64,000 nucleotides of DNA from a virus (IMGVR_UViG_2912464834_000002); one strand, 5' to 3'; positions 35,071 to 46,282 are shown, counted from the stretch's first letter. The notes: generated by a model from the letters alone, not told the origin. Made by a program: numbers and translations.

Positions 35071-35432
35071 CGCAGCAGCATTCCGCCAAGCGCCGCATGC
35101 AGGCTCTGGGGCGGCTCAAGGTCGGCGCAATGAACCAGACCGAACACCGCTACGCCGGCCACCTGGAAGCGCGTAAGCAGGCCGGGGAGGTCGCCTGGTA
35201 TCGGTTCGAGGGGGTAAAGCTTCGGCTCGCCGACAACACGTTCTACACGCCTGACTTCGCCGTGATGCTTGCGAACGGCCAGCTCGAAGCGCACGAGGTT
35301 AAGGGGCACTGGCAGGACGACGCGCGCGTGAAGATCAAGGTCGCCGCTGAGATGTACCCGTTTCGGTTCATCGCCGTGAAGCCAAGGGCAGCACGGGACG
35401 GGGGCGGATGGCATCAGGAGGAATTCGAGTGA
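35067..35432 (+). CDS. DUF1064-like PD-(D/E)XK endonuclease
   Basis: MNQTE..YA..L, YTPDF, EVKG. Confidence 0.75.
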   Translation: MTQQHSAKRRMQALGRLKVGAMNQTEHRYAGHLEARKQAGEVAWYRFEGVKLRLADNTFYTPDFAVMLANGQLEAHEVKGHWQDDARVKIKVAAEMYPFRFIAVKPRAARDGGGWHQEEFE

Positions 35433-35531
35433 GCGGCCGGCATCAACCCGGCAATCGGCGCGTGAACGCCATGGAATGGAGCGACCACGTTGTCGCGACG
35501 TTGAACCTGCAGCGAGCATAGGGAGGGCCCT

Positions 35532-35861
35532 TTGAAGACGAAAACCACGAAAATCACCCTCGACACGGTGCTGTCGATCATGAAGCCCGGCCAGCGTTAC
35601 ACGGCGCACGATCTCGCGCGCAACGCGGACGTGCCGCTGTCGACCGTGCGGCATCTGCTCGCGAGCGACCGCGCAGCGACGCGCGTGGACGTGCGGCGCG
35701 GCGAGAAGCGCGGCCGCATGTTCTCGCTGGCTGGCACGTGTGGCGGAGAAGGGCACGTCGACACGCGCATCCGCCCGGACTTCACGAGCCACCTCACGGG
35801 GTATGCCGGCTGGCTCGGTAGCGTGCGTGCGCTGGCGATGACGACGCGGGGTGCGCGATGA
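35532..35861 (+). CDS. HTH-containing hypothetical protein
   Basis: YTAHDLARNADVPLSTVRHLL; GGAGG RBS. Confidence 0.6.
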   Translation: MKTKTTKITLDTVLSIMKPGQRYTAHDLARNADVPLSTVRHLLASDRAATRVDVRRGEKRGRMFSLAGTCGGEGHVDTRIRPDFTSHLTGYAGWLGSVRALAMTTRGAR

Positions 35862-36451
35862 GCGACGTGATCGAGTTCAAATCGGCATTCGATGCCGTGC
35901 GCTTTGCGCTCTGCTACTCGTCGCAGCAGTTCGGCGAGACGATCATGGCGAAGCGCATGCGAGGCGAGATCGGCGGCGACGGGATGGGGCTGATCGGCCT
36001 CGTCGGCGCCGGCCAGGCGGGCATGATCCGGCGCGAGCTCGAAACGCTGCCCGAACTGCATCTTTCGGTGATCGTCGCGCGCGCCGCGCCGCATGTGCTG
36101 CCGTGCTCGTGCGCCTCGGCATGCTGCAGCGGCAGCACGCCCAACCTCGAATGGCAGGCAGCCATAGGCTGGCTGACGCGCGCGTCCTCCGCATACTGCT
36201 CCGGCTTCTCGCACTACCGCGTGCGCCGCGCGATCATCGAGCGGCTGTTCGGCGTGAAATGCGATTTGTCGGAGATCGCCGACGAATGCGAGGCTCATCG
36301 GAACACGGTGAGCAAGCAGAACGCGGCCGTGCGGCTCTGGATCGAGGGCGACAGAAAGGGCGAATCGATGGGCGTTTCGCAGGTTGCATGGCGCGAGATC
36401 GAGCGGAAGCTCAACGAGATCGGATTGCTGAAGGAGAGCGAAACCACTTGA
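35858..36451 (+). CDS. Late regulator (Q-like antiterminator candidate)
   Basis: Cys cluster plus C-terminal HTH (LSEIADECEAHRNTVSK); precedes a promoter-terminator pair. Confidence 0.6.
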   Translation: MSDVIEFKSAFDAVRFALCYSSQQFGETIMAKRMRGEIGGDGMGLIGLVGAGQAGMIRRELETLPELHLSVIVARAAPHVLPCSCASACCSGSTPNLEWQAAIGWLTRASSAYCSGFSHYRVRRAIIERLFGVKCDLSEIADECEAHRNTVSKQNAAVRLWIEGDRKGESMGVSQVAWREIERKLNEIGLLKESETT

Positions 36452-36476
36452 CGATGTGCATTTCGTGCACAATAAT
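36448..36476 (+). promoter_or_regulatory. Late promoter (pR'-like)
   Basis: TTGACG-17-AATAAT with a GTGCA/TGCAC palindrome in the spacer. Confidence 0.55.
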
Positions 36477-36509
36477 CCGCGATATTCGATACACGTGATA
36501 CGTGCGTCC

Positions 36510-36542
36510 AAAGCCCGCTGAGCGAAAGCCAGCGGGCTTTTT
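36510..36542 (+). terminator. tR'-like terminator
   Basis: AAAGCCCGCTG...CAGCGGGCTTTTT. Confidence 0.75.
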
Positions 36543-36558
36543 GCATTGGGGTTCCGCA

Positions 36559-36738
36559 ATGGGTTTCCGCATACTCGAATCTCGCATGTACCGCGATCCG
36601 ATGCTCGTGCTCGAGGCAAAGCAGGAAGCCGAGCAGCGCGAGCGGCAGCGGCAGGCGCTCAGGGACGAGCCGAGCGCCGCGCGCCGCGCTGCCGAGGCGC
36701 TGTTCGATCTTCCTGCGCGGCTGGATAGCGTGGCATGA
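36559..36738 (+). CDS. Small hypothetical protein
   Basis: MYRDP..VLE.KQE motif; coupled to the next gene. Confidence 0.5.
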   Translation: MGFRILESRMYRDPMLVLEAKQEAEQRERQRQALRDEPSAARRAAEALFDLPARLDSVA

Positions 36739-37388
36739 CCCGGGCGCAGAAGGCCACACCCAGCAGCAATCGACCCATGCCGCCTGACGCGCTCTTCGAC
36801 GACTCGAACTGGTTTCGCCACCTCATGCCGGCCGACGGCGTGAATGACTGGGTGCACCACACGTTCTTGCGCGACGGCGCGCCGCTGCACAACGACGATC
36901 ACGTGCACCTGGTCGACGCCGATGTCGCCTACCTCTGGGCTGCCGTCGAGAACGTGCGCCAGATGCGCCGTGTCGTCGGGCAGTGCGAAGAGGTGATGAT
37001 CCGCGCAGGCGGCTGGCAGCGCGCCAGGCAGGAGCAACAGCTCTGCGAGTGGTTCGGCCGCGTGCCTGCGTTCCTGATCACGCTAGACGCGCACTACGCG
37101 CGCGAATGCAGCGACATGGAGTGGTGCGCGCTCGTTGAGCACGAGCTGTATCACATCGGCCAGCGCTCCGACGAGTTCGGCGCGCCAGCCTTCACGAAGG
37201 ACGGCATGCCGAAGCTCGGCATCCGCGGGCACGACGTCGAGGAATTCGTCGGCATCGTCCGTCGCTATGGCGTTGGCGGCGGTGCTGGCGACACCGCGAA
37301 GCTGGTCGACGCCGCGCGGCGCACGCCCGAGGTCGGCCACGTCGACATCGCGCGAGCCTGCGGCACCTGCATCCTGCGAGCCGCATAG
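36735..37388 (+). CDS. Putative phage metallopeptidase
   Basis: ALVEHELYH, GHDVEEF.G.V.RYG. Confidence 0.8.
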   Translation: MTRAQKATPSSNRPMPPDALFDDSNWFRHLMPADGVNDWVHHTFLRDGAPLHNDDHVHLVDADVAYLWAAVENVRQMRRVVGQCEEVMIRAGGWQRARQEQQLCEWFGRVPAFLITLDAHYARECSDMEWCALVEHELYHIGQRSDEFGAPAFTKDGMPKLGIRGHDVEEFVGIVRRYGVGGGAGDTAKLVDAARRTPEVGHVDIARACGTCILRAA

Positions 37389-37408
37389 CCTACTGAACGC
37401 ATTCCACC

Positions 37409-37888
37409 ATGGCAAAACTTCAGGAGCCGATCAAGCTGTACGTCGTGCAGTCCTTGGCCTGCTTCGACACGATCTCGCGCGTTGCCAAGGCCGTGCGCGA
37501 GGAATTCGGCGTCGAGGTGTCGCCGCAGCAGTGCGAGCGGTACGATCCGACGAAACAGGCCGGCTCATCGCTGAGCAAGAAGTACCGGGAGATCTTCGAG
37601 CGCACGCGCGAGGAATTCCTGAAGGACACGTCGCGCATCGGCGTCGCGCACCGCGCCGTGCGCCTCCGCAAACTCGACCACGCTGTCGGCATCGCCGAGC
37701 AGCGCGGAAACATTCCGCTGATGGCCCAACTGCTCGAACAAGCTGCGAAGGAAGCCGGCGACGCGTTCACGAACCGTCACCGTCTTGAGCACACGGGCAA
37801 GGAGGGCGGTCCGATCACCGCGATCTCGACTGTGACGAACGACCCACAGGAGGCGGCGAAGATCTACGCCAAGCTCATGAACCCGTAG
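37409..37888 (+). CDS. Terminase small subunit (DUF2280-like)
   Basis: [26 protein letters not shown]. Confidence 0.85.
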   Translation: MAKLQEPIKLYVVQSLACFDTISRVAKAVREEFGVEVSPQQCERYDPTKQAGSSLSKKYREIFERTREEFLKDTSRIGVAHRAVRLRKLDHAVGIAEQRGNIPLMAQLLEQAAKEAGDAFTNRHRLEHTGKEGGPITAISTVTNDPQEAAKIYAKLMNP

Positions 37889-37889
37889 C

Positions 37890-39491
37890 ATGCCCATCCC
37901 GTTCCCGTTCGACTTCCGCGCACCGGATTACGTGCAGGTGTTCGAATGGCGAGCGGAGCGGCTGAAGCGCATCCGCGCGAACCCGGGCATGCTGCCGGCG
38001 CTGCGCACGTTCTACCGCGACAACCCGGCCCAGTTCATCATCGACTGGGGCATGACGTTCGATCCGCGTAATGTCGAACGCGGGCTGCCGGCGACGATCC
38101 CTTTCCTGCTGTTTCCGAAGCAGGAGGAATGGTGCCAGTGGTTCATGGAGCGCTGGAAGGCGCAGGAGCCCGGCATCACCGAGAAGACCCGCGACATGGG
38201 CATGTCGTGGCTCACGGTCGGACTTGCCGACACGATTTGCCTGTTTCACGAGGGCGTAGCGGCCGGCTTCGGCTCGCGCAAGGAAGAGTACGTCGACAAG
38301 ATCGGCGCGCCGAAGAGCCTGTTCTGGAAGGCGCGCGAGTTTTTGCGGCTGCTGCCCGCCGAGTTCCGCGGATCGTGGGACATCGGCACGCACGCGCCGC
38401 ACATGCGCATCCTGTTCCCGGATACGGGATCGGTGATCACGGGCGAGTCGGGCGACGGTATCGGCCGCGGGGATCGCGCCAGCTTCTATGTCGTCGACGA
38501 GTCAGCGTTCCTCGAGCGGCCGCAGCTGGTCGACGCGTCGCTGTCAGCGACGACGAACTGCCGGCAGGACATCTCGACGCCGAACGGCATGGGCAACTCG
38601 TTCGCCCAGCGCCGGCACAGCGGCAAGATCAAGGTCTTCACGTTCCACTGGCGCGACGACCCGCGCAAGGACGACGCCTGGTACGCGAAGCAGGTTGCCG
38701 AGCTGCCGGCCGTTGTCGTCGCGCAAGAAATCGACATCAACTACGCGGCGTCCGTCGAGGGCGTCGTGATCCCGTCTGCATGGGTGCAGGCCGCGATCGG
38801 CGCGCACGTGAAGCTCGGCATCGAACCGAGCGGCCTGCGCCGCGGCGGCCTCGATGTGGCCGACGAAGGCAAGGACAAGAACGCATTCGCGGGCCGCTAC
38901 GGCTTCTTGCTGAACTTCTTGCGGTCCTGGTCCGGCAAGGGCGGCGACATCTACGAGACGGTCGAGAAGACCTTCGGCATCTGCGACGAGCTGGGCTACG
39001 AGTCGTTCGACTACGACGCCGACGGGCTCGGCGCCGGCGTGCGCGGCGACGCGCGCGTGATCAACGAGCGGCGAATCGAGATCGGCAAGCGGCCGATCAA
39101 CGACGAGCCGTTCCGCGGCTCCGGGCCGGTGCATGACCCGGAAGGCGAAATGGTGCAGGAGCGGAAGAACAAGGACTACTTCGCGAACCTGAAGGCGCAG
39201 TCATGGTGGGCACTGCGGCTGCGTTTTCAGGCGACGTATCGCGCCGTCGTCGAGGGCAAGCCGTACAACCCCGACGACATCATCTCGATCGATCCTGCGC
39301 TCGACGAGCTTTCCGCGTTGACGATGGAGCTGGCACAGCCGACCTACACAGTGAACGGCGTCGGGAAGATCGTTATCGACAAGGCGCCGGACGGCACGAA
39401 ATCGCCGAACTTGGCTGACGCGGTCATGATCGCGTATCAGCCGGCCGGGCAGGTATTGGACATCTGGACAAAGTTGGGGTCGGCGGGATGA
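37890..39491 (+). CDS. terL: Terminase large subunit
   Basis: [38 protein letters not shown]. Confidence 0.92.
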   Translation: MPIPFPFDFRAPDYVQVFEWRAERLKRIRANPGMLPALRTFYRDNPAQFIIDWGMTFDPRNVERGLPATIPFLLFPKQEEWCQWFMERWKAQEPGITEKTRDMGMSWLTVGLADTICLFHEGVAAGFGSRKEEYVDKIGAPKSLFWKAREFLRLLPAEFRGSWDIGTHAPHMRILFPDTGSVITGESGDGIGRGDRASFYVVDESAFLERPQLVDASLSATTNCRQDISTPNGMGNSFAQRRHSGKIKVFTFHWRDDPRKDDAWYAKQVAELPAVVVAQEIDINYAASVEGVVIPSAWVQAAIGAHVKLGIEPSGLRRGGLDVADEGKDKNAFAGRYGFLLNFLRSWSGKGGDIYETVEKTFGICDELGYESFDYDADGLGAGVRGDARVINERRIEIGKRPINDEPFRGSGPVHDPEGEMVQERKNKDYFANLKAQSWWALRLRFQATYRAVVEGKPYNPDDIISIDPALDELSALTMELAQPTYTVNGVGKIVIDKAPDGTKSPNLADAVMIAYQPAGQVLDIWTKLGSAG

Positions 39492-41071
39492 ATCGAAAGC
39501 AACGCAAGGCCGAGCAGCGGCAATACCGCGCGATGGCTGCGGATTCCGCCAACGCGAAGCGCTGGCTCACACCGGACAGCTTCCAGAACTTCGAGGCGCG
39601 CGTCGGGCTCGGCACGCCTAACCAGGCATCAGCCTACCAGTACGGGTTCGACTTCATCTCCCGCAACCGCGTGCAGATGGAGGCGATGTACCGGTCGTCG
39701 TGGATCGTCGGCCAGGCCGTCGACGTCGTCGCGGAAGACATGACGCGCATGGGCGTCGAGATCGGTTCGGACATCGATCCCGAGGACAAGGACACGCTGA
39801 ACCAGGGGTTCGAGAATCTCGCGATCTGGGACAGCTTCTGCGACACGGTGAAATGGGCGCGCCTCTACGGCGGCGCGCTCGCCGTCATGATGATCGACGG
39901 CCAGGACGCGTCGAAGCCTCTGCGGCTCGACTCGATCGCCGAGGGGCAGTTCAAGGGCCTCTGCGTGCTCGATCGCTGGCTCGTGCAGCCGACGCTTACG
40001 GATCTGGTGCAGGAGCCCGGCCCTGAGCTCGGTATGCCGCGCTACTACGACGTCGTCGCCGACTCGATGGCGCTCCCGCGCCAGCGCATCCACTACAGCC
40101 GCGTGCTCCGCTTCGATGGCGTCACGCTGCCGTACTGGCAGCGCATCGCCGAGAACCTCTGGGGGCAGTCCGTCATCGAGCGGCTGATCGACCGACTCGT
40201 CGCGTTCGACAGCACGACGATGGGCGCAGCGCAGCTCGTATTCAAGGCGCACCTTCGCACGATGAAGGTCAAGGACCTGCGCAAGATCATCGCGATGGGC
40301 GGCCCGGCGCTCGAGGCGCTGCTGAAGAACGTCGACTTCATCCGCCGATTCCAGTCGAACGAAGGGCTGTCGCTGATTGACGCCGACGACGAGATGCAGA
40401 TCGACCAGTACGGGTTCACCGGTCTGGACGCCGTCCTGCTGCAGTTCGCGCAGCAGCTCGCGGGCGCGTTGCAGATCCCGCTCGTACGTCTGCTCGGACA
40501 GTCACCGGCCGGCCTGAACGCCACCGGCGAATCGGACCTGCGCACGTACTACGACAACATCAAGCAGCAGCAGGAGCGCCGGCTGCGCCGCCCGCTGAAC
40601 GTGTTGTTCGAGGTGATGTTCCGCTCGATCCTCGGAAAAGCGCCTCCGAAGGGCTTCTCGTATGACTTCCGCGCGCTCTGGCAGATGACGGACGAGCAGA
40701 AGGCGGCGACGGCGAACACGATCACCGACGCGGTGACGAAGGCAGTCGACGCAGGCCTGATGTCCCCGTCCGGCGGCATGAAGGAGCTGCGCGCATCGGC
40801 GCATCGGACCGGCGTGTTCTCGTCGATCACCGACGAGGAAATCAAGCAGGCCGAGGACGAGCCGCCGCCGACAGCCGAGATGGAGCTTCCCACTGATGTT
40901 GACGACCCGAACGACGGACCGCAAGCGACGCCGAAATCCGGTGCGCCTAAGCGGTCCGGAGCAGTGGTACAGGACGCAGCTCCGCAAGCTCGCCAAGCAG
41001 GTTGGCGACCTAGTCGATGGCTTTCCGCCTGGAGATCCCGCCGCGGCGCCGACGATCGAGCAGCTGCTTAG
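39488..41071 (+). CDS. Portal protein (DUF1073 family)
   Basis: [36 protein letters not shown]. Confidence 0.9.
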   Translation: MNRKQRKAEQRQYRAMAADSANAKRWLTPDSFQNFEARVGLGTPNQASAYQYGFDFISRNRVQMEAMYRSSWIVGQAVDVVAEDMTRMGVEIGSDIDPEDKDTLNQGFENLAIWDSFCDTVKWARLYGGALAVMMIDGQDASKPLRLDSIAEGQFKGLCVLDRWLVQPTLTDLVQEPGPELGMPRYYDVVADSMALPRQRIHYSRVLRFDGVTLPYWQRIAENLWGQSVIERLIDRLVAFDSTTMGAAQLVFKAHLRTMKVKDLRKIIAMGGPALEALLKNVDFIRRFQSNEGLSLIDADDEMQIDQYGFTGLDAVLLQFAQQLAGALQIPLVRLLGQSPAGLNATGESDLRTYYDNIKQQQERRLRRPLNVLFEVMFRSILGKAPPKGFSYDFRALWQMTDEQKAATANTITDAVTKAVDAGLMSPSGGMKELRASAHRTGVFSSITDEEIKQAEDEPPPTAEMELPTDVDDPNDGPQATPKSGAPKRSGAVVQDAAPQARQAGWRPSRWLSAWRSRRGADDRAAA

Positions 41072-41651
41072 GCGGTATGCCGAAGCCCTAGCACCTTGGG
41101 CCGAGGCGACTGCCGCGCGCATGCTCGCCGACCTGAACAGGCGCGACGAACAGGCGTGGATGCAGAACGCGCAGGACATGTCGCACGCGCTGCGCGACGA
41201 GCTGCGGCGCGCGCCGACCGGCGAGACGATGCGGGCGCTGATGGCCGAGCAAGTCGGCCTGATCAAGTCGATCCCGCTGGATGCCGCCGAGCGCGTGCAC
41301 CGGCTCACGATCGAGGCGCTCGAAGATAGCACGCGTGCGTCTGAGATCTCGAAGATGATCCAGGCCTCCGGAAGCGTTGCGAAAAGCCGAGCTGATCTGA
41401 TCGCGCGGACGGAGGTCGGCCGTACTGCCACCACCCTCACCGAGGCGCGCGCGCTGCACGTAGGCAGTCCCGGTTACTTTTGGCGCACGTCCGATGATTC
41501 TGACGTGCGTGAGGACCACCGCATCCTCGAGGGGCGGTTCATTACGTGGGACAACCCGCCGATCGCTGATCGGCGCACCGGGCGCCGAGCCCATGCCGGC
41601 TGTATCTACGGATGCCGGTGCTACCCCGAGGTTGTATTTCCGAAGGACTGA
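40896..41651 (+). CDS. Minor head protein (SPP1 gp7/Mu F-like)
   Basis: RADLIARTE, W.TS.D..VR..H, C..CRC. Confidence 0.85.
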   Translation: MLTTRTTDRKRRRNPVRLSGPEQWYRTQLRKLAKQVGDLVDGFPPGDPAAAPTIEQLLRRYAEALAPWAEATAARMLADLNRRDEQAWMQNAQDMSHALRDELRRAPTGETMRALMAEQVGLIKSIPLDAAERVHRLTIEALEDSTRASEISKMIQASGSVAKSRADLIARTEVGRTATTLTEARALHVGSPGYFWRTSDDSDVREDHRILEGRFITWDNPPIADRRTGRRAHAGCIYGCRCYPEVVFPKD

Positions 41652-41652
41652 C

Positions 41653-42957
41653 ATGCGCTTCTACACGATCCAGAAGCTCGGGCCGAAGCGTTCGCTCACG
41701 CCCGAGGGCTTCCTGCTGTGCGAGGACGTTCCCGTCGCGCGCACTGGCGAGATGCTGTACGCAGATGGAGAGGTGCCGATCGAGGCGGGGCCGGATGGCC
41801 TGATCCGCATCAGCCGGACGCCGGAAGAGGTGTTCCGCGACGAGACGCTCGCGAGCTGCGCCGGCAAGCCGGTGACGCTCGACCATCCCGACGACTTTGT
41901 CACACCCGCGACGTTCTCCGCGCTCGGCAAGGGCGTGATGCTGAACATCCGCCGCGGCGACGGCGTCGAGAACGATCTGATCCTCGCCGACCTGCTGATC
42001 ACCGCGCAGGACGCGATCGCCGCAGTTCAGGACGAAGAAATCGAAGAGGTCAGCCTCGGATACGAGGCCGACTACGAACAGGTATCACCCGGCCGCGGGG
42101 TACAGCGGAACATCGTTGTCAACCACGTAGCCATCGTCCCTCGCGGCCGCTGCGGTCCGCGCTGCGCGATCGGCGATAAGGAACCCGAGATGAAGACGAA
42201 AGACAGCAAGCCCCAGCGCCGGCCGGCGTGGCTCGACCGACTGATGAAGTCCATGAAGGCCAAGGACGAAGCCGGCGTCGAGGAAGCGCTCAAGGAAGGC
42301 CAGGAAGCCATGGACGAAGAGTCCGAGGAAGAGCGCGAGCGCCGCGAAGCCAGCGAACGCGAAGGACGCACCGGCGACACGGCCGCGATCCTGAAGACGC
42401 TGCGATCGCTCGATCGCCGCATGGCGCGCATCGAAGCGCGCGACGCCGACCGCGAGCGCGAAACCGAGGACGAAGACGAGGAAGAGGACGACGAGACGGA
42501 CACGACAACGGACACCGTCATCGAGGCCGAAACGGCTGGCCGCCTCGATCAGTCCGGAGTCGACCTGTACACCGGCGACTCCGCGCGCCTGATCCCGGCG
42601 CGCGCGGAGATCCTCGCGCCGGGCGTGAAGCTCCCGACGCTCGACGGCCTGAAGACGAAGGACCGCGCGGCAGCGCTCTGCCGTTGCCAGCGCAAGGCGC
42701 TCGACCAGGCGTACGAGACGGACGCCGGCCGCGCCGCGATCGCGCCGTTCCTCGGCGGCCGCGCTCCGGACTTCGACACCATGCCGGCACGCGTCGTCGA
42801 CACCATCTTCACCGGCGCGGCCGAGCTGATGCGGGCGAAGAACAACGCCGGCGCCTCGAGCGGAAAGGTCAACACGCGCGATTTCGGCAAGGCCACCACG
42901 ATCGCCGACATCAACAAGCGCAACGCGGAATTCTGGTCCAAGCGGGCCGGCCAATAA
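41653..42957 (+). CDS. DUF2213 prohead protease/scaffold
   Basis: TPEGFL.C.DVP.ARTG, E.SLGY, NHVAIV..GRCG. Confidence 0.88.
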   Translation: MRFYTIQKLGPKRSLTPEGFLLCEDVPVARTGEMLYADGEVPIEAGPDGLIRISRTPEEVFRDETLASCAGKPVTLDHPDDFVTPATFSALGKGVMLNIRRGDGVENDLILADLLITAQDAIAAVQDEEIEEVSLGYEADYEQVSPGRGVQRNIVVNHVAIVPRGRCGPRCAIGDKEPEMKTKDSKPQRRPAWLDRLMKSMKAKDEAGVEEALKEGQEAMDEESEEERERREASEREGRTGDTAAILKTLRSLDRRMARIEARDADRERETEDEDEEEDDETDTTTDTVIEAETAGRLDQSGVDLYTGDSARLIPARAEILAPGVKLPTLDGLKTKDRAAALCRCQRKALDQAYETDAGRAAIAPFLGGRAPDFDTMPARVVDTIFTGAAELMRAKNNAGASSGKVNTRDFGKATTIADINKRNAEFWSKRAGQ

Positions 42958-42969
42958 GGAGAGTGCCAC

Positions 42970-43458
42970 ATGGGCAACGCAATTCTGTATCGCATGCCTT
43001 CGGGCATTCCCGGCGACATCAGCCGGCAGTCGCAGGCCACCGTCGAGACGGGGTTCTTCGATTCGACGAACCCCTTCACGGCATACGGCCTGTTCGGCAA
43101 GGTTGTAAGCGGTAAATTCGTGCCGATCGGCGCGGGTGACGTCGCCACGGCCGTCTATGGCCTGCTCGTGCGCCCGTTCCCGACGCAGAGCTCGCAAGAT
43201 CCCGTCGGCACGTCGACGCCCCCGACCAAAGGGCCGGCCGACATCCTGCGCCGCGGTTACATGACCGTCCAGCTGAACGCAGGCGTCGCCGCGCTCAACG
43301 GCCAGGTCTACGTGCGCGTCGCGGCGGCCGCAGCAGGCAAGCCGATCGGTGGCATCGAAGCGGCAGCCGACAGCACGAACACGATCGCCATCGCCGGTGC
43401 GACGTTCATGGCGGCGGCCGATGCCGCCGGCAACGTCGAAATCGCCTACAACATCTAA
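42970..43458 (+). CDS. Head decoration/cement protein
   Basis: Lies between the scaffold and the major capsid gene. Confidence 0.7.
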   Translation: MGNAILYRMPSGIPGDISRQSQATVETGFFDSTNPFTAYGLFGKVVSGKFVPIGAGDVATAVYGLLVRPFPTQSSQDPVGTSTPPTKGPADILRRGYMTVQLNAGVAALNGQVYVRVAAAAAGKPIGGIEAAADSTNTIAIAGATFMAAADAAGNVEIAYNI

Positions 43459-43468
43459 GGGAGCCGAC

Positions 43469-44506
43469 ATGACGACTCACAACAAACCGCTGCTCGCCCG
43501 CGCGGCGGGCATCGCCATCGTCGGCGCGCCGGCGATCATCCGCGCACGCACGCGCGACGCGCTGATGACGTTCGACGCGGCGACGATCGACAGCACCGGC
43601 TCGTTCCTCGTCGGCGAGCTCGAACGGCTCGACCAGACGCTGCACATGCCGCTCGCGTCGGTCACCTGGTCGCGCGACATCGACCTCCGCGAGGACGTGT
43701 CGATCGCCGACGAGGTGTCGTCGTTCACGAACTCGACGTTCGCGGCCGCTGGCGGCGCGTCGCCGAACGGCAAGTCATGGATCGGCAAGGATGCGAGTGC
43801 GATCGCCGGCCTGTCGCTGGACATCGGCAAGACGCCGAACCCGCTGACCCTCTGGGGCATGCAGATCGGCTGGACGATCCCGGAACTCGAATCCGCGCAG
43901 AAGCTCGGCCGCCCGGTCGACCAACAGAAGTTCGAGGGCATGCAGCTGAAGCACAACATGGACGTCGACGAGCAGGTGTACATCGGCGATCCGATCCTCG
44001 GCGTGACGGGGCTGGTGAACGCGGCGTCGGTGACCAACGCCAGCAACGCGATCACCGGCAACTGGGGTAGCGCGACGCCGGCGCAGATGCTCGCCGATGT
44101 GAATGAGCTGTGCAACAGCGTGTGGGCGGCCTCGGCATACGCCGTGTGCCCGGAGCGCCTGCTGATCGACCCGCTGAACTTCTCGCGCCTGAATTCGGAA
44201 ATCGTGAGCAGCGCGGGCAACATCAGCATCCTGCAGTTCCTGAAGAACAACTCGCTGTCGAACGCGATCAACGGCCGCCCGCTCGAGATCTATCCGTCGA
44301 AGTGGCTCACGAACCGCGGCGCGAGCAACACGAACCGCATGGTCGCGTACACGAAGGACAAGAACCGCGTGCGCTTCCCGCTCGTGCCGCTGCAGCGCAC
44401 GCCGCTCGAGTACCGCGACATTCGCCAGCTCACGACGTATTTCGGCCGCCTCGGTGTCGTTGAAGTCGTGTATCCGGAAACGATCGGCTACCGCGACGGC
44501 GTGTAA
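43469..44506 (+). CDS. Major capsid protein (DUF2184)
   Basis: FL.GELERLD, W.RDI.LREDV, RM.AY.K; start re-called. Confidence 0.88.
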   Translation: MTTHNKPLLARAAGIAIVGAPAIIRARTRDALMTFDAATIDSTGSFLVGELERLDQTLHMPLASVTWSRDIDLREDVSIADEVSSFTNSTFAAAGGASPNGKSWIGKDASAIAGLSLDIGKTPNPLTLWGMQIGWTIPELESAQKLGRPVDQQKFEGMQLKHNMDVDEQVYIGDPILGVTGLVNAASVTNASNAITGNWGSATPAQMLADVNELCNSVWAASAYAVCPERLLIDPLNFSRLNSEIVSSAGNISILQFLKNNSLSNAINGRPLEIYPSKWLTNRGASNTNRMVAYTKDKNRVRFPLVPLQRTPLEYRDIRQLTTYFGRLGVVEVVYPETIGYRDGV

Positions 44507-44515
44507 GGGGACATC

Positions 44516-44953
44516 ATGGCGAAGACGAAAATCTACGTTTCGAAGGCGTTCAAGCTGCTCGGCGCCGACGGCAAGCACACCGACTTCCCGGTCGGCATGC
44601 ACACGGTCGACGAGGCCGTCGCCGAAAACTGGTACGTGAAGCACCACCTCGGCGACCCGGGCGACGCGCCGGCGGCGGCCGGCGGCGACATGTCCGCTGC
44701 GCTCGCGGCGGCGCGCGCCGAGCTCGAAGCCGAGGGCGGCCGGCTGGCCGAGCAGCGCGCCGAGCTCGATGCGATGTCGAAGGGCATCGACGCACGTGCT
44801 GCCGAGCTCGACGCGCGAGAGGGCTCGATCGCCGCGCGCGAACTGGAGCACGCCTCGAACGTTGCGGCGTTCGAGGCTGCCCAGGCGGCGGCTGCCGAGG
44901 CTGCGTCGCAGAAGACGAGCGGCAGCCAGAAGCAGGGCGGCAAGCAGGCATAA
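44516..44953 (+). CDS. Phage structural accessory protein with coiled coil
   Basis: 145 aa after the capsid gene. Confidence 0.65.
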   Translation: MAKTKIYVSKAFKLLGADGKHTDFPVGMHTVDEAVAENWYVKHHLGDPGDAPAAAGGDMSAALAAARAELEAEGGRLAEQRAELDAMSKGIDARAAELDAREGSIAARELEHASNVAAFEAAQAAAAEAASQKTSGSQKQGGKQA

Positions 44954-45008
44954 TGGCCGAAGGCGGGGCGCCACTGGCGCGCCCGCCATTTCCAACCGAA
45001 GGTGACCC

Positions 45009-45392
45009 GTGGACATTGCTCAGTTCCGCCAGACGTTTCCCGAATTCGAGAATTCGACGCTGTATCCCGATGCGGTCATCCAGATCTGGATGACCGTGTC
45101 CGTGTCGCTCGTGAATCCGGAGCGCTGGCAGGAGCTGACCGACATCGGCATCGGGCTCTGTACCGCTCACCATGTCGCGCTGTCGATGCGCGACCAGAAC
45201 GCGGCAGCCGTCGGCGCGGTGCCCGGCCAGGTGACCGGGCCGCAGTCGGCGAAATCCGTCGACAAGGTCAGCGCCAGCTACGACACGGCGGCCGTCGCCA
45301 TCAAGGACGGTGGGTTCTGGAACAGCACGATGTACGGAATCCGCTATCTCAGCCTCGCGATGATGATGGGCGCGGGCGGCATGCAGTTGTAG
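45009..45392 (+). CDS. DUF4054 head-tail connector
   Basis: FR..FPEF, SKSVDKVS.SYD, WNST.YG. Confidence 0.82.
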   Translation: MDIAQFRQTFPEFENSTLYPDAVIQIWMTVSVSLVNPERWQELTDIGIGLCTAHHVALSMRDQNAAAVGAVPGQVTGPQSAKSVDKVSASYDTAAVAIKDGGFWNSTMYGIRYLSLAMMMGAGGMQL

Positions 45393-45420
45393 CGCCGCCA
45401 CTGCCCATCGGGAGAACCCC

Positions 45421-45903
45421 ATGGGCAGCATGAAGGTAGACCGCCTCGATGAGGTGCTGAAGTCGATCGCCGGTCTCGTGAAGCAGGAAGTGCTCGTCGG
45501 CGTGCCCGACAGCACGGGCGGCCGCAAGGACGACGGCGAGCCGCTCAGCAACGCCGAGATCGGCTACATCCAGGAGACTGGATCCCCCGCAAACAATATC
45601 CCCGCGCGCCCGCACCTCGTGCCCGGCGTGCAGGACGCGCGGCCGAAGTTCGAGCCGCAACTGCAGAAAGGCGTCGAAGCGGCGCTCGACGGTGACCTCG
45701 AGCAGGTTCAGCGCCGGCTCAACATGGCCGGCATCGCGGCGCAGAACTCCGTGCGCGCGAAGGTCAACAGCAACATCGCCCCCGAACTGGCTGAATCGAC
45801 GCTCGAAGCGCGGCGCCGGCGCGGCGTCACGCGCGAGAACACGCTGGTCGACACCGGCCAGTACCGAAATTCGATCACGTACGTGATCCGCAAGAAGGGG
45901 TAG
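45421..45903 (+). CDS. Neck/tail completion protein
   Basis: NIPARP.L, L.DTGQ.RNSITY. Confidence 0.75.
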   Translation: MGSMKVDRLDEVLKSIAGLVKQEVLVGVPDSTGGRKDDGEPLSNAEIGYIQETGSPANNIPARPHLVPGVQDARPKFEPQLQKGVEAALDGDLEQVQRRLNMAGIAAQNSVRAKVNSNIAPELAESTLEARRRRGVTRENTLVDTGQYRNSITYVIRKKG

Positions 45904-45906
45904 CGC

Positions 45907-46278
45907 ATGGCTTTCCTCGACGTCACCGAAGTCCTGCTCGATCCCGATTTCATGGATACCGGCCTGATCTGCAACCGCATGGCGCAGGTCGTCGACACGC
46001 ATGGGCGCGGCCAGAACACGCCGACGGCAACGCCATTCTCCGCCGTCGTGACGAGCGACAAGGGCGACATCATGCACCGGAATGCCGATGGCAGCCGAAT
46101 CATCGGCTCGATCACGCTTCACACGATGTTTCGCCTGATGGACGGCAGTCCCGGGCAGGACGCCGACGAAGTGATCTGGGCCGGCCGCACCTACACCGTC
46201 GTCAACGTGAACGACTACTCGCATTTCGGGCGCGGCTTCGTCTGCGCGACCTGCGACCTGAAACCTCTTTCCGGATAA
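45907..46278 (+). CDS. Head-tail adaptor
   Basis: Synteny; LDV..VL.DPDF. Confidence 0.65.
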   Translation: MAFLDVTEVLLDPDFMDTGLICNRMAQVVDTHGRGQNTPTATPFSAVVTSDKGDIMHRNADGSRIIGSITLHTMFRLMDGSPGQDADEVIWAGRTYTVVNVNDYSHFGRGFVCATCDLKPLSG

Positions 46279-46282
46279 CCCC

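Noticed and set aside
39488-41071. DUF1073 protein as an anti-CBASS nuclease
   Set aside because: Size and position after terL indicate a portal; no separate phosphoesterase domain recognised.
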